Source of the DNA: Diplonema japonicum
Taxonomy: Eukaryota; Protista; Euglenozoa: Diplonemea
DNA length: 64,000 bases
Assembly (NCBI GenBank): GCA_964019335.1
Contig: OZ025664.1
Location: 496,001-560,000, forward strand
Direction of reading: 5' to 3'
Shown: piece by piece, positions 55,775 to 64,000 of the stretch
Numbering within the stretch: position 1 is the first letter of the stretch
Layout of the letters: every line of letters starts with the position of its first letter
The notes under the pieces: generated by a model
What the model was told of the DNA's origin: nothing
The model's input: the letters and a program-made list of their open reading frames with translations, nothing else
Databases searched by the model: none
Program-made: the position numbers and the translations under genes

Positions 55775-56548
55775 ATGGCGGGAACCCACGACTGGAACCG
55801 TGAAAATCTACAAGATGACAGCGATGACGAGGATTACCTCTATGAGGACACACCGCGTAGCTGTGACCAACTACTGCAACGAGAACGGCATGACTCTTGG
55901 AGAGACCCCCGAGCAAGCCAACGCCCCCACGAAACCACCAAAGAAGAACCCAAACCAGCTCCTACGAAAAAGGACAAAACCGTAAAAAAACAAGAAAAAC
56001 TCTGGAAGCTACTCTCCATGATCCTAGCAGGCATTCTCTTCATCAGCACAATATGCCTGCTTCTTTGGGGACTATACGTTCAAAATTACCAAGAATGCCA
56101 CTTATTCTTAGAAGAGGTCACGGTCACAAAGTTACCAGAAAGACGGTTTTACATCAGTGAATCCGTAGATTTGAACTTGACTCTTGATATGTTTAATCCT
56201 AACAATGTGGACGGTCACCTTGACCATGCCTATCTCAGGCTCTCGTTTATTGACCAAGACAAGAAGACTCGGTATGACGTGCACGAGCCGGTGCGGCTGC
56301 CCACCAACGGTTCCATCCTCCTCCCTGCTGACAAGCATGTGAAGTACACCTTCTCGACATCCGTGAAGATCGCGCTCCTCAGCGAAGGCCTTCGTGTTGT
56401 CATGCTCATGCACAACGGCTGCTTCACCCTCTCCCTCGTCGGACAGCTTACCTATCGTGTCGCTTCGTTCCCACATACTTCGTCGGTGAACCGCACCCAG
56501 CAGCTCTTCGGGCCCGGGGCCTGTCCTTTCTGCGGGCAGAAACAATAA
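55775..56548 (+). CDS. Single-pass membrane protein with LEA_2/WHy-like domain
   Basis: TM helix LLSMILAGILFISTICLLLWGLYV followed by a beta-rich domain with the NPN motif (LTLDMFNPN). Confidence 0.75.
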   Translation: MAGTHDWNRENLQDDSDDEDYLYEDTPRSCDQLLQRERHDSWRDPRASQRPHETTKEEPKPAPTKKDKTVKKQEKLWKLLSMILAGILFISTICLLLWGLYVQNYQECHLFLEEVTVTKLPERRFYISESVDLNLTLDMFNPNNVDGHLDHAYLRLSFIDQDKKTRYDVHEPVRLPTNGSILLPADKHVKYTFSTSVKIALLSEGLRVVMLMHNGCFTLSLVGQLTYRVASFPHTSSVNRTQQLFGPGACPFCGQKQ

Positions 56549-56766
56549 TATTTTCTTTTTTTTTTAGTGTTTTGTTCACACACCCCCCCCCCCCCTTCAC
56601 TTCCCTATTTTTTTTTTCCTTCTTTCCCTGTTATGTTTATGTTCCGTTTTCTGCAGAAAGGCAAAAGAAAGAAAAAGAAAAAAGAAAAAAAAGAAAGAAA
56701 AACCGAGTAAGAAACAAAAGAATTTATAGTTGCCATTAGACCAGCGCCACACAGGAAGCATAAACA

Positions 56767-58789
56767 ATGGATGATGCCACCGCCAAGCGGCTCATCGATC
56801 TCTTCAAAAAATACACTGCCCCGCCAGTCGATAGGGAATCTGAGTTGTTTAGGGAGTTGAATGCCAGGTGTCTGGCCAGGTATAGCCGGGTACTAGCTGA
56901 CGCTGGCTTCAGGAATATGGAGGAGGTGAAGGAGGTAGAGCCAGAGGAGCTCGTGTTGCTTGGCTTCAGTGAGAGCGACGCTGTGATGCTATTGAACTCG
57001 ATCCCGATACCTCCCCGGAGACAGGCCATGCAGATCCAACCGGTGCAGCACCGACCGGCAGTCCGGTGGCAGAACCCAGGTACGCCACTGCAAGTAAGTA
57101 CTCCACAACAGCAGCTGCACCGCAACTATGAGAAGCACACGGCACAGCACGGACAGCCCTCACCGCAGCAGCAGGAAGAACAACAGGAGCAGATGAGGCA
57201 GCAGCAACGACAGCGACAGCAACAGCAGGTCCAGGCCACACAAGCTCAGAATCAACACATGCTGCAGCAGATGCTGCAAAACCATCAACCACAACAACCC
57301 GTGCATTTCAGCCCATCTCCTTCGCCCGCACCTCAGCCGCAATGTCTCAACCCGCAGGACCCTAGATACAGGGAACGCAAGAGGCAGGAAGCCCGTCTTT
57401 TATCTGATGAAGGTTGGGAACTGACAAGTGGCAGTGACACGAAGGGTAACGAGTTCGTTGACTGGATGCTGCCCTGCACTTCGTGGGACGAGATGCAGCT
57501 GGGTGCCGTGAGGCCGAACATCCCTATTGAGTGGGCAGTGCCGACGTCCGCGCAGAGCATCACGATGTCCAACGTGCCGCACAGCGTGGACATGCTGCTG
57601 AGCGCCAGCACAGGCAGCGGGAAGACAGCAGCATACCTACTACCCATCCTTCGCAGCCTGCTGCGAGAAGGTGTTGAAAACGTGAGCAGTACATACGGAG
57701 TGGTCGTCGGACTGACATTGGAGCTAGCTCAGCAGATCTACAGCGACGCATTGAAGCTGTGCAGAGGGACAGGCATCAACGTTATCAAGATAACGAAAGA
57801 GTGCACAGAAGGTGACTATGAGACAGCAATAAGGGGCGCGCATGGACGGACCCATATTGTCATCGGGACAGTGGGACGACTCAGCAGCGTAGTACGTAGG
57901 TCACAACCCCTCCTAGACATCTCACGGGCGAGGTACTATGTCGTGGATGAGGCCGATAAGATAGCAGAGATGGCAGACAACAAACCAGACTTCCACGTGG
58001 ACCTCGACTGGATCAAGGAACGGCTTCCTGCTGTGCACCACACCACAGTGTGTTCTGCGACGCTTTTCAACTCTGTGCACAAACTGTGCGGGTTGCTAAA
58101 GGGATACAAAGGTAGATCGCTTCTCCGTGAGGACAGCTGGATGATCTCGGAGGCATCGTGTCTACAGCTCAAGACACGGGTGTACCAAGTGGTACATGAG
58201 GTCAGGGACCACACACTGTTGAAGAGAATCGACAAAGCTAAAGCTATTGCGACACAGTACTTGCAGAACGAGGAGAATTGTAAAATCATTCTGTTTGCGA
58301 AGAAGGCAGACCTGCCCGTCGTTGCCGCTGAAATGCGCCAAGTGCCTGGGGTGAGCATCTATGAAACTTCTGGCGACCTGTCGGCTGAGTCGCGCACACA
58401 TGGAATGGAGTGCTTCAGGTCCGCACGGAGGGCATGCTTGGTGGCTTCGTACGGAACAGGTGGGCGTGGTATCGGTATGTTTCAAAGTTCTACATTACAT
58501 TCTACAGATGTCACGTGCCCTGTGGTGATCCTGCTCCAGATGCCTGAAAACTGGGTGGATTATCAGCACGCGATAGGCAGGACTGCCCGAGCAGGGAATT
58601 TTGGTATGTGTACACCAATCAATACAAAAACAAGCAGGCACCTCAATTGCTTTCTACGGAGAGTCCGATCAGAAGAAAATGAAACGCGCAGACTTCGAAA
58701 AAATGCTGCGAAACAGCCCCGAGGGAGGTGAGTGGCGATCGATTTCAGGGGAAACCCACCGCATCCCCGGCACGGGGATGATGTCTTAG
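56767..58789 (+). CDS. Divergent DEAD-box RNA helicase with N-terminal SAM-like domain and Q-rich region, 651 aa; introns 58475-58507, 58604-58637
   Basis: ASTGSGKT, VVDEAD, SAT; after splicing GRGIDV and HAIGRTARAGNFGTSIAF. Confidence 0.9.
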
Positions 58790-58885
58790 ATAGTTGTGTT
58801 GCACGCTATTAGATCTGAATTGGCATTGGTCGCTTCACTTGTTAAAACATCATGACAAGAGGGGGAGGGTGGGGGGACTTCTTTG

Positions 58886-61800
58886 ATGAAGAAGGCGGCG
58901 CTTGGAGGTGTAAAAGCCCCCAGACCGCCCACAAAACAACATGTCGGCAGCAAAGGAAGGAATTTCAGAACGAATGTTGCAGCTGACTATAGTGCGCAAG
59001 AAGAAGACGCGAAGGAGCTGATACAGCAAGGGAAGCTAGTAGAAGCTGTCGGGCTGATGGACAAGGTGCTGACGGCAAAAGTGAACCGTGGCGGGAGCAG
59101 TTGGGGCTACGCCGAGCGGTTAGTGGTGCTGTGCAATAAAGGTGCCTGCAAAGGCATCAAGAGTAACTTAGATCACGAAGTCTCGAAAAGGTTTCTCAAC
59201 AAGGCTGAGTCGACGCTGCTGACCTCAGAGGCGTTCACAGGATTCCATCCACTTCGCATCTGCCTGCTGAGCTCAACACTCAACAACCGTGCCATTTACA
59301 TGTACAGGTGTGAGGCCGACATCGCTGCGGCCGAAGAGCTTCTGTTCAAGGCGCAGGAAACGGAGGGCGCTTCCCTCTCTCCACAAACGCTTCTCAACCT
59401 CGCTTCCATCCACTTCAAACTTAATCGTATTGACGAAGCTATGCTCTGCGTCAGTCAGGCCTCCGGTATCAGCAGATTCTACATGGAGCAGCCCGACCTC
59501 ACATCCTCCGTTCCCGCTGTCTTCGAGACGCAGCGTGCCTTCAAAGAAGAGCATTGCACCTTCTACGCAAAGGCCCATGTCGTGCTGGCTAACCTGTACT
59601 GGTGGAAGCGTCGCCACGATATGGCCAAAGAAGTCATACGAACCGCTGCATCTACCGCAGTAAGCTATCTTGGCGCGAGCCACCCTCTATCTGCTTGGAT
59701 TCAAAACGAACAAGTCAATCTCTTGAACAAAGACGCTGACATGCCACCTGAGGTCCCCCTACGGCTTCAGGAGTTCAATGCACACGTCTCTCCATCACAC
59801 CTGCTTCCATACGCCCTGAAGGCACCCTTACCGGATGCGCTGACGGGCAAGGAGGAGCGGCTTAAGCTGCCTAAGATCCCGAATCGCCAAGTGTCATCAT
59901 CCTACTCCATCCCCCACGACCCCCATAGGTTCCTACGCTTGCGCGATATCCAGCAGCGATCCGCTATCCTTGACAGGAAGTTTTTCATGCAGCAGATACC
60001 CGTGTTGGGGAAGCCTAACAAGAATGTGGAGAAGTCCCACACGACACCCATTGCCCCCCGCAGACCCACACATTGGATAGACGATCCCGTGGATTGCTTT
60101 GCGAGGCGGCTGCAGACGTACAATGCAGGCGAGCAAAAGAGGAGAAAGTCAACCACGCAGAGCGTCACGCCGCCTATGCGGCCACACCCGCCGATGGTGC
60201 CGAAGGAGGAGGCTGTCCAGCCTGAGAGGCTGTCGCTGTCAGACGATGACTGGATGTTGTATGAAGCGTTGAGGTCACAGGCGTCTGAGATCGTGTCTAG
60301 GAACCGTCCAGAGTCTTCCGACAAGACGAACAAAGTGCACGAGGAGCTAAAAAGAGCTTCGTCCATCACGCAGCTGAGCACAATTGTCAGCGAGTACGTC
60401 GAGGCTACGAACACAACGCTGCTCGACCGCCTGTATCGAGTTGTAACTCTCTACACGACAGTTTGCACCATTGCCAACAAATGGCTACGCTGCGCGCGGG
60501 AGGCCATCGAGGCCAGAAACATGCTCCAACTCACAGGAGCGCTGCTCATCCAAAAGAACTGGAGGCTTCGCATCGCGGGCATCAGCGCCCGTTCCACAGT
60601 AGCGGTAAAACGAACAGAACTCCAACTTCTCAAGTGCCTTCGCAGTGCAGGCACTCTGCAGAGGCAAGGCAGGGGTTACACCAGTCGGCTGCAAGTTTAC
60701 AACCAAAAAAAAGAGGTCGACGCGCGCAGGGACGCAGCACTGAAGAGAGAGCATAATAGAGCGGAGATTGCCGCCTTGTTGATACAAGGTTTGTGGAAAG
60801 GATTTAAGGTGCGTGCTGTGATAAGTAAATGGGAAGAAGCTGTTGTCGTCTTGCAGAGGACTTTCAGATGCTTCAGGTTGTACGTGCGCCTGAAGCACAT
60901 TGCTACATCGCGCCGAAAATGGCGCGGCATGCACCAGACCATGAACAAGGCAGCGGTTGTTGTTGGCAGGTCGTGGACGGCCTACCGTCGCAGCAAGGAT
61001 GCCAAGTTGTCGCTGCGTGAGAGGCACGACAAACTCGAAAGGTACTTTATTAAGAAGGCAGAGGCCGATGCACAGCAGTGGAGAGACGATATGGCACGGC
61101 GAAGACAGCTACTTGCCTTAGTAATGCAAGTGTTTGCACGCTGCAAGTTGTCCTTTTTGGAACACAGACGGAAGGTCGAACTGCGAGATATGCGAACGAG
61201 GTCCGCAAACAAAATAGCAATGGCATGGTACTGCAAGGTGGCGCACGACCGAGTGCGCGAAGCGAGAGCTGCGTCTGAACGCGTGCAGCGCATGCTCAGG
61301 AGATGTGAACAGCTGCACGAGTGTGCCATTGAAGTACAGCGTGTGGTGAGAGGAATGCTGGGTAGAAAGAAAGCTTCACATATCCGAAGCACGCAGAATA
61401 GAAAGGTGGAAGCTGTCACCCACATACAGCGGATGTGGCAGGGGCATGTCGGGAGGGCCATTTACTGCAGGCTACACAGTGAGCTTCTGGAGCGCAACTA
61501 CCAGTACATGCAGAAGGCAACTAAGCACTACAACGCACTGGTGATTCAGGCTGCGTTCCGTGCACACCTTTCTCGGAAACAAGTGCGTTTGATGAAATCT
61601 GTTGACACCGACATTCATAGACATGCTGCTGTCCTGCAAAGGTTCATGCGCATGGTGCGTGCGAGGCGTCTTTATATCAGACTTCGAGCGGTGCAGGAGA
61701 GAGACAGACAGGAAATGCGGATGCAGGAAACACAGCTCTGGGCCTGCCTTGCTATCCAATGTTGTTGGAGGTACTTCGTAGCACGACGGGAGCGGGAAGC

Positions 61801-62980
61801 AAGGGCGCAGCGTTCGCAGCACGTACATTACGCGCCTGCTTGCATCGTGCAGCAGAGTCTGCGGGCAAACACTGCGAGGCGGAGGTCGGAAGCTGCCATC
61901 GAGAGTAAAAAGCGAGACGACGTTGCGAGCATTTCCCAGGAACACCTCATCTACTACGTTGTGACTTTGCAAAAGCTGTGGCGCGGATATGTTCGCAGGT
62001 CTGCATACAGGAACGCCAAGCTAACAGGAAGAGCACGACTACGCAAAGGGCAGGTGTGGAAGGCGTACAGCAGACGCCTAGACCATGCCGTAGCAACACA
62101 GCTACGCCCACACAAGACACAAACAGGTGCCAGGTTCAGCTCTCTAGTGGGTGCAACGCCCTGCAGGCGCCCTACATGGGTGAACACCACGGAAGAGGCC
62201 GTTGTCAGACAGCCCAGGTCTCTGTTTATTGCAGCGCGTAATAAAAAAATGCCGTATCTGCGACTGGTGGCCCGCTCTGAGGCAGTTCGTGTGATCGAAT
62301 CGTGGTACTGGGGGGTAAGGGACAAGGTGTTCGTGGCGTCTTGCCGGAGGGCGCATTTACATGTTGTTTACATAAAGACGCTGTGGAGGAAGGGCATCAG
62401 AAAAGTGCTGGACAGACACAAAAGGGCGGCAGTGCGGATACAAAGCGTGTGGAGACGGCGATGTGTGAAGGCAAAGCTCGAAATAAGAAGGTGTGAAGTG
62501 AGGCGAGAGTGGGTGCTGGAGTACGTCCTCCCGCAGCTGATGAAGTACGGGTCGGTCGACGCAGTAAGAAAGACAGGCCAGCTGGACATGAAGGAAGAAG
62601 CAGTGATCTATGCAGGGTACTCGGCCAGAATTATACAAACAGCAGTGAGAAGAATGCTGTGCAGGAAGATGGTGGAACGGCACAGAGAAGGGATCGGGAG
62701 CATGCTCGCTGACTATGAAGCGGCTGAGGAGAGGATCTGGGCCGCAACGATGGTTCAAAAGCTGTATCGAGGCCACGTAAGCAGGACGCAGCAGCGTGTC
62801 CAGGACACCGCCGCCCTCATCTTACAAGACTTTAGGAAGATTATCCTGGCAAAGATAAAGGCAACAGATCTCAGATGCATGCGGGCCGAACATATATTTG
62901 CAATGCAAGATTCTGAACTGAGCGAAGCAGCAGCGGTCATCCAGCAAGCATGGCGCAGTCACTCTAAATCTCAATGTTAA
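58886..62980 (+). CDS. Multi-IQ (calmodulin-binding) protein with N-terminal TPR-like region
   Basis: Many IQxxWRG-type motifs (IQKNWRL, IQGLWKGF, IQRMWQGH, IQAAFRAH, LQKLWRGY, VQKLYRGH, IQQAWRSH); STLNNRA and TLLNLASI TPR-like helices. Confidence 0.88.
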   Translation: MKKAALGGVKAPRPPTKQHVGSKGRNFRTNVAADYSAQEEDAKELIQQGKLVEAVGLMDKVLTAKVNRGGSSWGYAERLVVLCNKGACKGIKSNLDHEVSKRFLNKAESTLLTSEAFTGFHPLRICLLSSTLNNRAIYMYRCEADIAAAEELLFKAQETEGASLSPQTLLNLASIHFKLNRIDEAMLCVSQASGISRFYMEQPDLTSSVPAVFETQRAFKEEHCTFYAKAHVVLANLYWWKRRHDMAKEVIRTAASTAVSYLGASHPLSAWIQNEQVNLLNKDADMPPEVPLRLQEFNAHVSPSHLLPYALKAPLPDALTGKEERLKLPKIPNRQVSSSYSIPHDPHRFLRLRDIQQRSAILDRKFFMQQIPVLGKPNKNVEKSHTTPIAPRRPTHWIDDPVDCFARRLQTYNAGEQKRRKSTTQSVTPPMRPHPPMVPKEEAVQPERLSLSDDDWMLYEALRSQASEIVSRNRPESSDKTNKVHEELKRASSITQLSTIVSEYVEATNTTLLDRLYRVVTLYTTVCTIANKWLRCAREAIEARNMLQLTGALLIQKNWRLRIAGISARSTVAVKRTELQLLKCLRSAGTLQRQGRGYTSRLQVYNQKKEVDARRDAALKREHNRAEIAALLIQGLWKGFKVRAVISKWEEAVVVLQRTFRCFRLYVRLKHIATSRRKWRGMHQTMNKAAVVVGRSWTAYRRSKDAKLSLRERHDKLERYFIKKAEADAQQWRDDMARRRQLLALVMQVFARCKLSFLEHRRKVELRDMRTRSANKIAMAWYCKVAHDRVREARAASERVQRMLRRCEQLHECAIEVQRVVRGMLGRKKASHIRSTQNRKVEAVTHIQRMWQGHVGRAIYCRLHSELLERNYQYMQKATKHYNALVIQAAFRAHLSRKQVRLMKSVDTDIHRHAAVLQRFMRMVRARRLYIRLRAVQERDRQEMRMQETQLWACLAIQCCWRYFVARREREARAQRSQHVHYAPACIVQQSLRANTARRRSEAAIESKKRDDVASISQEHLIYYVVTLQKLWRGYVRRSAYRNAKLTGRARLRKGQVWKAYSRRLDHAVATQLRPHKTQTGARFSSLVGATPCRRPTWVNTTEEAVVRQPRSLFIAARNKKMPYLRLVARSEAVRVIESWYWGVRDKVFVASCRRAHLHVVYIKTLWRKGIRKVLDRHKRAAVRIQSVWRRRCVKAKLEIRRCEVRREWVLEYVLPQLMKYGSVDAVRKTGQLDMKEEAVIYAGYSARIIQTAVRRMLCRKMVERHREGIGSMLADYEAAEERIWAATMVQKLYRGHVSRTQQRVQDTAALILQDFRKIILAKIKATDLRCMRAEHIFAMQDSELSEAAAVIQQAWRSHSKSQC

Positions 62981-63389
62981 AAAAAGGAGGAGAAAAATTT
63001 TCCCCTAATTTAAATGTAAATGTAAAAAGAAGGGGAAGGAAAGAAAGAGGGGGGAAACATAAAAGAAAATTGTAGAAGATTTCTTTTTTGAAGAAGCTTA
63101 TTTCTTTTTTTTTTTTCTGTCTCTAAAGGACTCCCTGTCCTGTTTTTTGCTTCTTTTTTTTTTTTTTTTCCCTCCGGCACTTTTCGCCTTGTCCCCATTC
63201 CCCTTGTTTATGCAAAAAAAAGAAAAGGAGAAAATGACAAAAAAAATCATTCTGATTTTCCTTTCCTTTCTATTTCTTTTTTGATTTCTGGTCAGGTCGG
63301 CTTCGTACTACTATTCCTCCCCCCCCCCCCCCCCTATATTCGCTATGCAAAAAAATAAATAAAAGGGGAAGAGGAGGGGGTGGGGGGGG

Positions 63390-64000
63390 ATGGAAGGCAA
63401 ACGCCAGAGCCACATAGCAGAGCTCTGGCTCAACGAGCTAGACAGCAGAAGATTCAATGAGAGCCAGGAGTTGATCACAAGCTTGGGCGAGATGAAGCTT
63501 GGCGTAGACAAGGTTGCTGCAGAACTGAGAAAATCGAACATCGAAACAAGACGGAAAACAGGCATGGCGGTAGAAAAACTAGAAGAAAAAGCTTCTGAAA
63601 TACGCCTGGCCCTAGGCACGGAAAAGGTTCAGTTCCAAGACATCAAAGAGGTCTTCCGAGAGGCGGGGGTTACAGGGGCGGGGAAACAGATAGCCATCCT
63701 CATCGAGGTGGCACGAAACACACCCGACACCTTTCTAGGGATCCATATACTGGAGATCTCCTGGTCGTTATTAAACTCAAGCACCTCGATATCGTCCAGG
63801 GACACTGTCATCAACTACCACAGCACGCTGGCTGAGATGAAACTAAGCACGGAAACAGATGATCAAATAGACGATGTTGAGCATCACCTAAGAGAGGCAT
63901 CCCGAGCAAGTTATGCACAAGCGCAGAGGCTGAAGGGGCTCGGTAGAAGAGTACAGTCGCGGGAGTACGCAAATTCTGTAATACATTTTTTGGATTTGAT
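63390..64000 (+). CDS. Hypothetical helical protein, 3'-truncated by window edge
   Basis: Open frame from ATG 63390 (MEGKRQSHIAELWLNELDSRRF...) to the window end with no stop. Confidence 0.75.
   Translation, partial: MEGKRQSHIAELWLNELDSRRFNESQELITSLGEMKLGVDKVAAELRKSNIETRRKTGMAVEKLEEKASEIRLALGTEKVQFQDIKEVFREAGVTGAGKQIAILIEVARNTPDTFLGIHILEISWSLLNSSTSISSRDTVINYHSTLAEMKLSTETDDQIDDVEHHLREASRASYAQAQRLKGLGRRVQSREYANSVIHFLDL

Noticed and set aside
13258-58789. Programmed frameshifts or pseudogenes at split ORFs (COX VI, ADK, Puf, helicase, 42962 gene)
   Set aside because: Each break is resolved exactly by a GT-AG mini-intron that restores the frame and, where the family is known, its conserved motifs.
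1-64000. Non-GT-AG introns, stop-codon reassignment, tRNA/rRNA/SL RNA genes
   Set aside because: All inferred introns are GT-AG, all three stops terminate genes, and no cloverleaf, rRNA or SL-like sequence was recognised by eye (a covariance search could still find small RNAs).

Overview
Eukaryotic, gene-dense window. All 27 host protein-coding genes I can support lie on the + strand, separated by homopolymer-rich spacers. Together with a kinetoplastid-type cytochrome c oxidase subunit VI homologue, this points to a euglenozoan with polycistronic gene clusters; frequent cis-introns favour a diplonemid-like lineage (inference). I reconstructed 24 GT-AG introns by hand, 23 of them 32-68 nt and five exactly 47 nt. 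Many are filled with poly(A) and have no polypyrimidine tract, which explains the apparent frameshifts in the ORF track. Recognisable genes: ABCC transporter, beta-carbonic anhydrase, hybrid-cluster protein (Hcp), old yellow enzyme, COX6b-like, EF-hand protein, SMPD4-like, LYRM7-like, two F-box proteins, RIIa-domain adenosine kinase, Puf protein, SAM-DEAD helicase and an IQ-repeat protein. Intergenic DNA holds decayed DNA transposons of three kinds: a Mutator-like element (9-bp TSD, subterminal arrays) plus its MITE, two inverted Crypton-like tyrosine-recombinase relics bracketing an F-box gene, and two inverted piggyBac copies (TTAA TSD). The best candidates for new biology are the poly(A)-spacer mini-intron system, the CA-Hcp-OYE trio, the Crypton-bracketed gene and several unusual domain fusions. 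All homology calls come from motif recognition by eye; no searches were run.
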